From: Octopus vulgaris
Taxonomy: Eukaryota
Reading direction: 5' to 3'
Assembly: GCA_951406725.2 (NCBI GenBank)
Contig: OX597814.1
Span: forward strand, 167,524,001-167,588,000
Length of the DNA stretch: 64,000 nucleotides
Positions within the stretch are counted from its first letter, which is position 1. Every line of letters begins with the position of its first letter. The notes beneath the pieces are model-generated. The model saw nothing but the letters and a program-made list of their open reading frames with translations. It was not told the DNA's origin and ran no database searches. The position numbers and the translations under genes are program-made. Of the stretch, positions 49,671 through 63,935 are shown piece after piece.

Positions 49671-50977
49671 ATTTAGTAATAATCAAGTAACAGCTTTCTT
49701 TTAGTATGTATCTATGTGTGTATGTATCCATGTGTATGTATAAACATATGTATATGTATCTATATGTATGTATGTGTACACGTGTGTGTTTGCATGCATA
49801 TAGATAGATAGATAGATAGGCAGGCAGGCAAGCATATCCACAAGTATAGGAGTGTTAGTTAAAAGATGAGTTAAAAGAATGTTAGCTGAAAAACTTATAC
49901 ATAGAAAGAAGGAATATTTGTTAAAATTTTAATAGTTTTTGGTAGTAAAAGCTAATGTGTGTTTGTGTAATATATACATGTGTGTGCGTGTAATATATAT
50001 ATATATATATATATAATGCAGTGATTTATTGATAATTGAATAATGTTAGAATGTTTTAAAGTCCTATATTTGAGGAATTATTATTATATAAACCAGCATT
50101 AGTGGATTATAATCTTTAAAACTTGACATCTGGTTGAAGAAGTTATTTGAGATAACTATAAAATATAAACAGTCATGTCATAAAAATCATTATTGAAACC
50201 CACAATGAAATAATGTGTCCACATCTGGGAACAGAGCTTCTACTATGCACACTGACTTTCTGAACTATGTCCAGAGAAAGCCTGCTCAGTTGATTGGTAT
50301 TTTATCACTAAGACATGTTTCAGCCCTTGGTCCCCACATGTGATATCTTCTTTCATCTTTTCTGTCACTACTATAATGTTCTCTGTTCCTTGTAGCTGGC
50401 TGGTCTCATATTTCCACCTTTTAGGAACCCCAACCCATACATCTTCCAACCTTTTGTCACCCTTACTGTTCCTTCACTCGTTTTTCTCAGCACTAATCAT
50501 TATGCCAAATCCTTCTTTCCTACAACATAATCTCTCTCTAGAATCTCCTCCTTGCCCATGTCTTCATTAATCTTTAACACTTAAACCAGCCATATCTGGA
50601 CCAAATATTCCGTCTACTCTTTGTTCACACTGGCCTGATCTGGTCTCTCACACCTAAAAATAAACAGTCACATTTTTGAAATCTCAAAGCTACTAGGTAA
50701 TACATGAAGAATTTCAAAACATGTAAATATATAAATAAGCATTACATATGACAAAGTAATCTGAATGCTAAAGGGTAAATTGGAACATTAACAGCAACCC
50801 TCTCACCGCTTTCAGAGATACTGCAAAAAACCATGGGTTTGGCCCTTCCTTCTGACTCAGTAAAAAATAAAAGAAAAGAAAGAGAAAAACTACAGCACTA
50901 AGTAATTGAGGTTGGTTGCTTAGATATTAGCCAAGTACTAACATTCATTGCTTTGTTCTGGTTATGTGCCCATGTTA

Positions 50978-52262
50978 TTGGGTTGACAAGGAAGTAATTT
51001 TGTTTTTCGCAGATAGAGTTACAATTTTTTTTGAATGACTTTTGTCAATGTTATGATTTGTTTCTTTTGACATTTGATAGCTGTTACTTTTAGCTTACTT
51101 AGGAAGCAAATTGTGCATAATTTTGTTTACAGCTGTTAGTTCAGTGTCAATTTTAACATGGAATGCAAAAACGAACATTTTAGCAATGTTTTGCTTTTTT
51201 ATTTCTGTAATTGCAAGAAAGCTGATGAGGCTCACAAAGAGATATACGAAGTTTATGATGTTGATTGCTTAATAGAATGCACATGTCAGAAATGGCTTTA
51301 AAAATTCCGTTCTGAAGATTTTTCACTCAAAGATGACCGATGCTGTGGTCAACCTACTGAAGTTGATGATGACCGAATCAAGGCCATAACTGAATCTGAT
51401 TGTCATGTAACTGTGCGTGAGATTGTAGTGAGGTTTAATGTATCACACACAACAATTGAAAATCATTTAAAATGTCTTGGACTTGTTAAGAAGCTCAATA
51501 TTTGGGTTCCACATAAATTGAAAAGGATTCACTTAACACAATGAATCAAAATTTGTGATATGCATCTCAAACACAATGAAATTGACCTTTTTTTTTTTTT
51601 TTTTTTTTTTTTGAAAAAAAATCATCTCTGATGATGAAAAATGGTTTGTCTACAATGACATCCATCGAAAATGATCATGGGCCAGCACAAACCTCATCGA
51701 AAGCTGAACGGCATCAGAAAAAGGTCATGTTGTCAATTTGGTGGGATTACTAAAGTATTGTGTATTTTGAGCTGCTTCCAAGGAACCAAACAATCAATTC
51801 AGGTGTTTACTGTCAACAACTAATGAAACTAGAGGAAGCAATCAAAGAAAAATGGCTAGAATTGGCAAATCATAAAGGAATCGTGTTCTACCATGACAAC
51901 GCTAGACCACACACATCTTTGCTAACTTGTGAAAAATTATTGGAGTTTAGTTGGGAAGTGATGTCACATCCACCATATAGTTCTGACCTTGCACCATCAG
52001 ATTACCATTTATTTCAAAGTTTGCAAAATTCTTTGAATGGTAAAACTTTCAATAATGATGATGACCTGAAATTGCACTTGCTTCAGATTTTGACTAAGAC
52101 CAGAAGTTCTATTAAATGCAGTATCATAAAGTTGCCAGAAAGATGGCAAAAGGTCATCGAACAAAATGAAAACTATATAATTTATTACAGTTCATTCTTT
52201 GTATGAAAAAAATTACTTTTATTTCACACTAAAAAACCAAAATTACTTTCTTGCCAACCCAA
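50978..52262 (+). mobile_element. Full-length mariner (DD34D, mellifera-type), 1285 bp, inactive
   Basis: TA|TTGGGTTGACAAGGAAGTAATTTTG...CAAAATTACTTTCTTGCCAACCCAA|TA. Transposase from ATG 51158 (MECKNEHF...WVPHKL...DDEKW...HDNARPH...YSSDLAPSDY, 34 residues between the last two D). Has stops and a poly-T expansion at ~51587-51612. Confidence 0.95.
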
Positions 52263-52685
52263 TAGATAGTTATTACAAGGGCCATGGGTGGCATAGCACT
52301 TTAACTGAGGATGGAGCAAAATATTCTACAGCACTGTGTTACATCCCTTTAGCTTCTGCAATCAAATCCTTACATGGTTAACTACTTTGCCTTTTATCCT
52401 TCATGAGTCAAAAAAATAAGAAGGTATCAAATTATTGAGTAGATCTAATACTCCGCTCATAAAAACTGTGGTCATGTCACTATGTTAGAAATCATTACTA
52501 CTATTATTATTACCCCTCAAAAAATTTATTCTTATTTTTTTTAAATAAAAAAACAAAAGTCAACATTAGATTTTTATGTATTTGATGTTGACTAATATGC
52601 TTTCAATCAATATTTCTTTCGATCAATATGCTTTCAACAAATGCGTTTTCAGTGAATGTATTTTTGATGACTGTGCCAAATCCCA

Positions 52686-52812
52686 TATGTGTGTTTGTGT
52701 GTGTATAGATATTTGTATGTGTATATATATATATATGTATGTATACATATGTGTGTGTGTGTGTGTATATATATGTGTACATGTGTGTGTGTGTATATAT
52801 ATGTATCTATAT

Positions 52813-52851
<39 letters not shown>

Positions 52852-52911
52852 CATATGTGTGTGTGTGTGTATATATATGTATCTATATGAATGTGTGTGT
52901 GTGTGTGTATG

Positions 52912-52955
<44 letters not shown>

Positions 52956-53046
52956 CATATGTGTGTGTATTTAAATGTATGTATGTGTTTATGCACACAC
53001 CTTCGCATGCACGCACACACATATAAGTGTATATACACACATACAT
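52686..53046. repeat. Compound (TA)n/(TG)n microsatellite
   Basis: About 360 bp of alternating purine-pyrimidine dinucleotides; source of several spurious ORFs. Confidence 0.95.
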
Positions 53047-53754
53047 AGAGCTTATTTATTTATATTTTAATAACAGTGTAGTAAACTTTTCAGTATAACA
53101 AATTGATTTCAATCCCTAGTCATTATCCTATTGAAGCAATAGTGAAAAATTTTGTTTATAATGAAATTTATTGCAATGAAAAAAAAATGTTTAAAAAAAA
53201 AAATTAAGAAATACTTGAGACAATTGTCCTATAAAGTCGGAACATACAGATGATATAGAATTTCAATTGGGAAACATTGTGATGCGTAGAAGTTCACTCA
53301 ACTTAACCATGAGTGAGACAGTGTATTAACATTGCAGTTCTGTCAGGGGAATGCACTGGGTAAGTGTTGATATTTATTTTGCAAAACCAAAATAATATAA
53401 CTCAATTTGCTTAGTTCTTTGTATATGAGGTAAAAATATACAACAGCCAGATAAGCAAGGAATCAAAATTTATTTATTAATTTATCGAGCTTTATTATAC
53501 CAAACCATAATAATCCTGTCTTATGGAATCAGAGGTTTTTTTTACATTAATAAGATTATAAGCATTCTCGTTGTAACTGTCCCTTCTTTCAAATTCAAAT
53601 TTCAATTCAGAGACTTGAGACTGGAGCTTGACACAGTTCTGACCAATTGGATCCTGTCAAACCATCTATCCCAAGCTAGCATGGAATACAGATGCTAAAT
53701 GATGGCAATGATGATATGCGAATATGATTATATTTTTGATAAAGCATATGAAAT

Positions 53755-53973
53755 ATTGATTTCAAATTTTGACACAAGGCCAGCAAGTTCAAGGGAGTGG
53801 GTAAGTTAGTTACATCGACCCCAGTGTTCAATTGACACTTATTTTATAAGACCCACAAAAGGATGAAAGGCAAAGTCAACCTCAGTGAAATTTGAACTCA
53901 GAATGCAAAGACAGCTGAAATGCTGTCAAGCATTTTCCAAGTGTGCTAACAATTCTGCCATCTTGCCATCTTA
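53755..53973 (-). mobile_element. SINE family A
   Basis: Reverse complement of the 7703-7918 copy. Confidence 0.8.
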
Positions 53974-54945
53974 AACACATGAAATATTAACTTCTTTCAC
54001 CATGCATAAAAACAGTACAATACAAAATAATGGAGCACAGTACAAAGAAATGCTTCTCTGTACCTGGTCTTGATTGAAAAATAAAGGGACACACAACCAA
54101 CAGTGGATAGAGCCCTATCAGGTACTTAGATAATGAAAGACAGAGGGACTCCATATGGCTAAATTGATCAGCTTAATTCTTCATAAACTGTATTTCTTAT
54201 TTTGATTTGTATTGTTTTTCTTTGTTGAAAGTTAAACTGAATAAAAAATAGGATAGTCATTGTTGGAATGTTTTCATTCTTCTAAAATGTAAAAACAATC
54301 CTGGAATTCACAAATAAAAATGAGGAGGCTGTGGTTGAAAAATTTGGAAGAAAAATATTTATTTCCATAAAAATAAAATAGGATGGCCATTGTAATAACA
54401 GTTTCCTTCATATTAATATATTTTTGTAGAACTATTCTGTTCATGTTTCATGAACTGTTTATTTGCTGTTGCATAATGCATGAATAAAATTAGCATTATG
54501 ATTTGTTTTTAAGCAATTTCTTTATAACAAATATTTTCTTTCTGTTGCTTTGTCACTCTCATTATAATGGAATTTCACCACTGCATATATGTGTGTATTT
54601 TACATGCATTCATTCATACATACATACATAATACATACATACATATATACATACATCCCCCCCTGCCCCCCTCAAAACAAAACAAAAACAAAAACCTCTA
54701 CAGAATTTATCGAGGAAGGGTTTAGATGAGAGCAATTTCAGGATTTATATCAAGTTTAGAAGGTGATAGAGGCAAGGAACAGATAGATAAGAAGATGTAG
54801 AAAGATAAATAAGAAAATGTGTTTGATTTATTGCTGTCATTGTTTTTCTTGTTTCAGTTCTTTCCTCAGTTATGACTTACATATTAACTTAAATTTTCTC
54901 TGATTTAATTGTTTAAAGATTATTAGCTTAAGAATGTTATTATAT

Positions 54946-55152
54946 ATTGATTTCAAACTTTGGCACAAGGCCAGCAATTTTCGGGAGTGAGGCGGGTAGG
55001 TTGATTACATTGTCCCCAGTGTTCAAGTGGTACTTGTGTTATTGACTCCAAAAGGATGAAAGGCAAAGTTGACCTCAGCAGAATTTGAACTCAGTACATA
55101 AAGATGAACAAAATGGTGCTAAGCATTTTGCCTGGTGTGCTAATGATTCTGT
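54946..55152 (-). mobile_element. SINE family A
   Basis: Reverse complement of the 7703-7918 copy. Confidence 0.8.
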
Positions 55153-58100
55153 CTGATTATTCTTCATTCCTTAACTTAAAAATATACCTGTCAATTCAAC
55201 TTGCAATTTAAATTCCCAAGTATTTATAACCATAAGAATTCCAATCACTTTGCAACTATAGTTAGGAATCTAGTCGAAAGTATAATTAGAAGTCTTCAAA
55301 TTATCCTCCTTAGAATAATGAGGTCTTAGGCAGCTGTGGTATAAGTGAGTAGTCCATATGGAAAACCTGCTACCCACCCTAACTTGAAGATGACCAGGAG
55401 GCAGAAAGTAATATAATTTAACCACTTCATCAGAACTTTCTAACTCTTATAAGGTACCACATTCTGACTACGCACAGTACAACAAAAACTTTGATGTTCA
55501 CACTTTTAAAGGTAGCTATTCATGGCTTGGCAGTATTGCTTCAGTGTGACACATGACTGAAAGCACAGCTATTACTCAAGGAAAGCTTCTTCAATTGTCA
55601 TTAATTTACATGTAGTTTTTAAGTGATCACCATCCTGCAAGTAGAATATGGCTGTGTGTTTAAGAAATTTGCTTCATAACATATGAGTTCAGATTTTTAT
55701 GCCACTGTTTGGCAAGTACATTCTGTAACCTGAGGCTGACCAAAACTTTGTGTGAGAAATTGGGTTGTGAGAAATTGTGTGAGAAAGTGGTGTAAGCCTG
55801 TTTAAAGGGCTATTACTTGCTTGTTTTTGGGTGCCTTTAATAAAGTTCACTCTATTACATTCCCATCCTGTGACCAGTCAAAAAACCTCTGAAAATCATT
55901 ATGAGCACCACCCTTTCTCCTGTGATTAAGCTATAAAAAGAAAAAAAGCCTTTGCTGCCTCTTTATTACTAGATGGTTTATATGCTTTAAACTTGTTGGA
56001 ATGTTGGCAATGGAAATCAGTACAACTGCAACTAATTATGTCAGAAGTACTTTGAACTCATCTTATAGATCGTGTGCAACTAACAAAACTGTGTTTAATT
56101 CCTTTTGTTACCACTTCAGGTTGCATGATAAAACTCTTTCATTTTGAAATGTTCCTATTTGAATTTATATTAAAATCTTTGCTTTGAATTTATATTAAAA
56201 TCTTTCTAAGACATGTTTATGTGAGAAGATTTTGTTGTGTTTCAAACAGCAGCTAAATAATTAAAAAGTTAATTCTTCCACTAATTCCATTGATTATTGT
56301 CAAAATTAATTGAAAATCATAATATAGAAATTAGATATGTAATCACAAAAGAGTTAAGAAATATTGTGTACTACAGAAACAGGATAGTTTATATACTTAA
56401 TACAAATGAATGTTGCATGTTGAATTGGTCGGTACTATGAAATTATATTGATACTAGAGAATATATGACATAGATGATGGTTTGGGAATAAAAATGAAAT
56501 GAGTTAAGATAAAAATATTTTGAAATATACTATTGTTCTCAGTAGAAAGATATTAAGATGATGATGAGAGTATATATGTGCCTTGCCTTGTTAATTTTTA
56601 TAACCGGTGCCTTTTACATGATAGGATTGATCCTATTTTCACCTTTGTTCCACTATTTTATTCCAAGTACTTTATTCTATTAAAACGAAAGAAACTGCTG
56701 ATGAGTAAGTGTTCAGACAAAATTACTCATTTAAATAGTTCTGCTTCTTGCTTTAAAATGCTTCTATTATTTAATGCTCATTTTTATCACTGAATTTGAA
56801 ATTTAATTTTCTCTCTTGCCCTAAATTTAATTTCAAACAATTTTTTTTTAATCTTCCCTTTTTTTCCCCCAAATAAGGGACAGCAATTGAGAAGTATATT
56901 TATTTCACTGCTTTATCAAGAAACCATTTAAGTCATTCAGTTTTTATTTCTTCTACTACTTTTTCTAGTGATATTTGTAGTTACCAACATTCATAATCAT
57001 TTTAAAGATTATAATTGTTTTCCAGAAAACTTTATGAAATTATAATTGTAATTCCAGAAAATTTATTTTATTCAAGGGGATATAATAGCAATAGAAACTA
57101 AATAGCTATGTGACTAGTCCTAAATACTAGGCTTTGGATTAAGCTATAAAGGCCTTTTCTCTTACTCCTTGCATAGACATAAATTTAACCCAATCAGTTA
57201 AAAATGTGAGGTTATGTAAAACTCTGTAATAATCAAATCTATTTTTATTGGTTTTCATCATAAACTACTACAACATCCCTTTTTGAGCTTCAAAATCTGT
57301 AAGTTTGTTTTCATTTCTTCCTTTTGTCAATGCATTCTAAAATACAATGATGAGATTGATAGATTTATTCAATTGTACAGCATACTTTCTTAACTTTATA
57401 ATGTGTATCTCTAACATGAATATGCTTTACATTATTGTTTATTGTTCCAAATAAGGAGAACTGTAGGAATTTTTTTTTTAAGGTCTCTTTAAACTAAGAA
57501 ATCACTAAGTTTAACTAGTTTTGTATTTTATTTGAATAGCAAAATTTTACTGATTAGAGAGAGCTGTGTGCCTTTGAATCACCTGAAAAATGTCCCAATT
57601 GAAGTGTAGCCAATTTATATCCCTTTGTCAATAATGAATTGTAATTTTAGCAAAGAAATATAACTTCCAGTGACTCAATCTGTCTTAAAAGTAAATATTT
57701 TCACATGCTGTGATGACAAAAGATTATTAGAGGCTCTATTACCATTACCTTTGTGCTGTTTCCTAATAAAATTTGATAAAAAGAAAATCATTGGATAAAA
57801 ATACAGAATGTGGAGATGACTTTTATTTACTGACTGACATATAGCTATTTAAAAAATAGAGAAAAAATAAATTTCTTTTAATGCAGATAAAATAATTATA
57901 GATGAAATACTGAAAACAATAAATTGCTGTTGTTTAGCCTTACATTGGCTTTGGTCTGTTGGGAGTCTACAACTAAGTGGAGTCTACAAATTATTTTTCT
58001 TCAGATATACTATAGCACTTTGATATAAAACAATCTACTTCTATATGATGCCATGTGAGCCTGGGTATATTGGTTTGTTTGTTTTTTCTTTACCTGTAGC

Positions 58101-59578
58101 CCAGTCAATTTTCTGTCAGCAGATAGTCTTTGGTAGTGACCACAAAGGACAGGTAAAGTAGATTCTGTCAAAATGTGATAGTAGTTCTCTAGCTTATTGG
58201 TTGTATGGAACAAGCTTTCTTTCTTTTTGTTTGTGTATATGTGTGCAGCATTGAATAAGAGATGGTTAATTCTGGTTGATAAGGTGTGTTGGCTTCATCA
58301 TTGGTCAGTGTTTTGCTTATTTTTCGGCTGTCTTAGTAGAAAAGTAACTATTGATAAATTCTAAATAAAAAAGATTCTTTAATTTAGGAAATCACTATTA
58401 TTAATTTCAACGTCTGATATGTGGCTTACCATGCACCTGTACAGGGAATGTCAATTCGATGGAGAGAGTAAGTTTATGTACAGCACAAACATTTGATCAC
58501 CATAAACAAATCATCTTTGCAGGTTGTTTAGTAAGAAGTTGTGGGATTGTCTTTCTCAGATTCAAAAAATCCACTATTAAATTAAATTAAATAGAGGACA
58601 GCTAGTGGTAAATCTAAGCAAAGTTTGTGTTAAGAAAACTAAATTATGTTTCAAATTTTAGCCTTACTGAAAGAAAGATAAAAGTTTTAAACTGTAGATA
58701 CAATTCATCTTTTGTCTGTTGCCAACAAAAAGTTTCATAGACTTACCAGTTTATGATTGATAAATTAAGATAATAAAGTGATTGCTGTATTGTTGTAGCC
58801 TCTATCTTAGAATATAGATAATCATTATTTACTAGAATAATAGTGCAGCTAATTAACTGCTGTGTCATTTGTCTTGAATCATTTTATAGTTGTTTAATTA
58901 TTTATTTTGGGAATTTTTTCCATATTGTTGCTGCATCTAAGTTGCCTGATGAGGAAAAAGACAAATCTATTTTATGAAATATTGAATTCTCAAGCAAGAT
59001 TCATATTCACTCTTTTTAATGAAACTCAATAAAACTGAGTTTCAGTTATCAATATTAGATTTCAATAGTTACTTCTGACACTTGGCACATGAATACTTGG
59101 TACATTAGATTTTATGTGAATTATCGTTTTTTGTAAAATTTTTGTAATTTTATACTCGACATATAAAATTTCTATCTTGTTTAGTATTGTTTTCTTGCTA
59201 GAAGATCCAGATAAGGAGAGTAGAATTTTTAATTTTTCAAATTGATTGACTTGTTATAAAATTGTCTATCCTATGTCAATCAGTATGAAAACTAAGTGCA
59301 AAAGCATTTACTGCTTGAAGATAAAGCTAATTTAACTAAAACATAATCCACACACAAAACTCTGTTTGGTTGAGGATTTTCATTTGCTTACTGAAAGATG
59401 CATTAAGTTTTACTGTCATTTCTGCCAAGTGCTTTTTTTTATATCTTAAGTAAGATTTATTTCTGTAATCTTAAGTTTTTGTGCTTGAAAACTAAACTTG
59501 GATCATTTGTAACTGACTTGTTACTATAAGATTAAAGGTTCAAAATATTTTTTAACCTGCAAATCTGATTTATTACCA

Positions 59579-59621
<43 letters not shown>

Positions 59622-59639
59622 GTTGAAAGTTAAAATCAG

Positions 59640-59935
59640 ATGTGTGTGTGTGTATCTGATTTTTAACTTTTGTCAAATTTGGTGGTGGTGAGGTAAAACT
59701 AAGATATATAAAATTCTGATAAATTAGCTTTCTATCAATAAGAATTATTCAGTTGCTTTTTTTTTTTTTTTGTCATACTAGCTAATGTGTGTGTGTGTGT
59801 ATCTGATTTTTAACTTTTGTCAAATTTGGTGGTGGTGAGGTAAAACTAAGATATATAAAATTCTGATAAATTAGCTTTCTATCAATAAGAATTATTCAGT
59901 TGCCTTTTTTTTTTTTTTTTTTCATACTAGCTAAT
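59640..59935. repeat. Tandem duplication of a ~147-bp unit
   Basis: (TG)n-tatctgatttttaac...catactagctaat occurs twice; copies differ mainly in the (TG)n and poly-T tracts. Confidence 0.9.
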
Positions 59936-61584
59936 ATTGAAGTAATATCTTGTTTGTATAGCTAGTTATTCAAGTATATGTTGTTGACAACTAATGACAA
60001 AGGCTAACACACAAGCCTTTTCTTATTATTCTATCATTGCTTGCTACTTGATAGCTGCAGCAGTAGCGTTAGCTTATGCAGTAGCCTCATGACAATTTTC
60101 TACAGCCCTAGTAGTAGGAGTGATAATAGCAGCAGCAATAACTACAATTGATGGAGTGTTATTAGTGGTTTATGATAGAAGACTAATAAAAGTCATTATC
60201 ACAATAAAACTTTTAGATAATCATCTATTGTATTCAGAAGCATGCTACATTGATGTTCAAAATAAATAAAATAATTTTTCATTCAATGATAAGGCATGAT
60301 GCAGTTCATTTAGGTCGGCTCCTGTTTTTCCCCTCTTTTGTATTCCACGCTGAAGCTTCATTCATTTACATTTTTCTTTCTATTCCACTTCATAATAACA
60401 GTCTCTTCTACCGTAAATGTGTATATATTCTTTTATATGTCAGTTGTCACTGCAATTTTTAAATATTCAAATGCTATATATATTTAGATTTATTTTACAC
60501 CTTAGAAAATCTTATTAAACGCGATTATGTTATCTCACTTAAGTATGAATGATTGATTGCTAATGCTTGCTTCGCTTTTCTGGTGACTTCCCAGCATTCC
60601 GTGTTATTGGCTCATTAGTAAACAGATGCAAAGAATACATTGAGGATAGCAGTTCTCCTACTGATAGGGAATGTAGTTTTATTTTCATTTCTGTTCTTTA
60701 CATCAGGAATAACACATCTAACATGGATTTGTGAAAAAGGTTAGAAATATCAACTTTTACTGAAAGCTCTAATCATGGACTTATTACTTACTGAACATTC
60801 TCCATCATCTGTCAATAACAAACATTATTGTTGTTTTCTCCATCCTTCTTTTTTGATGCAGTATTTTGGATGTCCACCATACTTTCTCTTTCATTCCACT
60901 CTGTACTTCAGTGCTCACTTGCAGCAAATTCTTTGATTTAGAAGCAACACTCTATAATGAAATTTGAAAGCCTAGGGTACAACTGAATTCTATCTAAAAT
61001 TATAAATTATTATTTCTAAAAACAAAACATTCCAGAATATAAATATTTAGATTATTTTCTTATTTTGTCGCTAATATTCCACAACATTTAACATTATCAA
61101 CTTTTGATTTAAAAAAAAATATATATGTTATTTTCAAGACAATTTCTTTGAAGAGGAAAATTTATTCACTTACTACTTCAGCACATCTTTTATTATATAT
61201 AAACACAAAGCATCAATTAAAAATAAAATGACATACTGTCAGATTCTGTAAGTGTAAGCTTCATGTCTTTATTCTCACTACACCTCTTCATAGAAAAACA
61301 GATTGATTTTTATTTGTCAAAGAATTATAACATCCTTCCTTCCTGAAAAATCTGGCATTGACCCACATGCTAAATGTCACTTGGGTTTAGGATGTCACAA
61401 GGATTATACTTTGAAATTCATATCATTTATTCTGCTCTAGTCAGGCAGTTAAGCCTGATTCCTTAAGCTGTGTTCACAGTGATAATTACACCAATTCAGG
61501 TAAAGCTATCCTTTTGTTCTCTGCTGATTCTGCTATTATATTCTTTGGTGGTGACTGTTGATTATTTAAAAAGAAGCGTGGTTG

Positions 61585-61618
<34 letters not shown>

Positions 61619-63329
61619 GTGTGTGTGTGTGTGTGAATTTGTAGCATTATATTATTCATATATAACAACAGATGTGTATTTTTCTGCCACTAATTTTCAT
61701 AGGTTTTAAAGTTTTTAATGAAATGAAGAAATTAAAACAGTTGGGCATTTCTAATCTATAAAAATAATTTATTGGACTAAAGTGTAATTTCCCTTCTGTT
61801 GTTAAATTTCAAAGAAAATAAAGTTTCTTTTCATTCATAACTAGCAGTTCATGACAATTTAAATTATTCCTTTTATTAGTCATTATATCAAGTTATTTTA
61901 TTTATTTAGTTTCATAAGCCCCTTGCAAAATATTTGCCTGATTTTATATTTATTACATTTTTCTGCTGTACAGTTCTATTGCGAATTAGACTATGATGCA
62001 TGTCGTAATGTACACATGCATTTTGACACAACAGTCTTCTTCGAAATTTGTTGCCCATGTAGTCAAGTAGTATTTCCTTCAGATAAGTTAGCATATTAGA
62101 TTTTTTTAACGTTATTTATGATAAAACTTTAACCCATCTTCTATTCATTTTTTTATGATATTAATTTCCTTTATTAGATTTTCGCTTGAAAATCCTTTGG
62201 ACATTTGATCAGGAATGACATTATCAGGAATTGATCTTAGAATAGTGTTATGATTTTGCACATCACTACATTAATTGTTACCCGACCTAACTGAAATCTT
62301 CACACACGTTGTATTCTTTGGTTAGTCTGGCTTCTTAACAAGAATCTTGCAAATGTTACAAAGCTTATTTATGCATGTTTAAATTATCTACAAGACAACC
62401 GTTTCATCATTTGATGCTTGATTTTTATCAAAATGTATAATAATTATTTACAAAAAGATAACTTTGATATCTTTTAGATAATCTTAATTTGCAAAAACTT
62501 ACAGAATCATATTTTTACATGAATTAGTTTCTTGTAAAATAATTGGTAAATTATATAGTTTGGTTAGAAATTCAAACACTCAGAAAATGAAGTTTGGTTA
62601 GATCTATAGATTTAGATACTTTTTGTTACATACAGACAAAAATCACTGCTGCTTATATTAACTTTGATACACTTTTTATTTGAATGTAAGAATGCATACA
62701 AATGTTACGATAAACTATTTTATTTCCACTCTAGTTAGCTTCTGAATTCTATATAACATCAACTCACATTTATAAGTAATATAGATCTATAGTATGGTTT
62801 TATGCAGGTGTTTGACTGCAGACAAATGATCCTCATTTGTGGATGTGAAAACCAGAGCTAATCCACTGCAGATTGCAAGTATCCATCTGGATACCTACAT
62901 TAACCTATAGTATGTATTTAATTATACAATTATGTACAACACACACACGCATTTATTTGTATAACAGCCTCTCTCTGTGTATGTGTGTGTGTGTGAGTGC
63001 ATATATATATACAAACATATATATATATATATATATATATTTCTCTGGTTATACAAAATTACTGAAGTGAGTGTGTTTCTGTTTATAACATCATATAGGT
63101 AGGTAGGTAGGTAGGTAGGTAGGTAAATAGATAGGTAGATATAAACACACTCATGCATATACATACATGATTTATGTGTGTGTATGTTCTAATAGGCCCG
63201 TGTGTATACATATATACAAACAGGTATAAGTATGAGTGGGTGTTATTGTGCACATGTGTATGTATTTATATATATGTATATACATACACCATATATGATA
63301 TATGTATGTGCATGAACTGATAGATATGT

Positions 63330-63360
<31 letters not shown>

Positions 63361-63367
<7 letters not shown>

Positions 63368-63526
63368 CAAATAAGAAAATGGAGAGGATATAAAATCGAC
63401 AAACATCAGCCAGTAAACATTCCATTATATCTATTTATCAATCAATTAATAAATAGAATCAGTGGAATGTTTACTGGCTGGTGTTTGTCAATTTTATATC
63501 CTATCCGTTTTCTTATTTGCCTTATA
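63361..63526. repeat. Fold-back element, 78-bp arms with a 10-nt loop
   Basis: 63361-63438 versus 63449-63526 are reverse complements with ~8 mismatches; adjacent to (TA)n. Confidence 0.9.
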
Positions 63527-63647
63527 AATTGTGGGTAAATTTCCCATTTACCCCCACCCATACCTAGTATTCAATTGCAATATTGCCATGCACTAGTAAG
63601 CATTTGGTTAATAATACATAGGTACACATCCTGTTGTATATTGGATA

Positions 63648-63679
<32 letters not shown>

Positions 63680-63680
<1 letters not shown>

Positions 63681-63935
63681 GGCACCTGTGTCGGTGGCAC
63701 ATAAAAAGCACCATCTGAGCGTGGCCGTTCGCCAGCCTCATCTGGCACCTGTGTCGGTGGCACATAAAATCACCCACTACACTCTCGGAGTGGTTGGCGT
63801 TAGGAAGGGCATCCAGCTGTAGAAACACTGCCAGATCTGACTGGCCTGGTGTAGCCTTCGGGCTCCCCAGACCCCAGTTGAACCGTCCAACCCATGCTAG
63901 CATGGAAAGCGGACGTTAAACGATGATGATGATGA
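63680..63935 (+). mobile_element. RTE 3' end fragment
   Basis: Same 3' UTR modules and (GAT)n tail as the copies at 7270 and 41400. Confidence 0.85.

Noticed and set aside
52576-53048. Cluster of overlapping ORFs (also 41889, 45878, 62873-63538)
   Set aside because: They are translations of dinucleotide and tetranucleotide microsatellites.
61912-62094. Minus-strand ORF with YMGNKFRRRLL, like GPCR helix 8 (nested gene?)
   Set aside because: No NPxxY or transmembrane segment upstream, an in-frame stop just upstream and no convincing splice sites.
62808-62880. Possible next ASCC3 exon after tttatgcag
   Set aside because: All three frames hit stops and none resembles the expected GIGMHHAGL segment.
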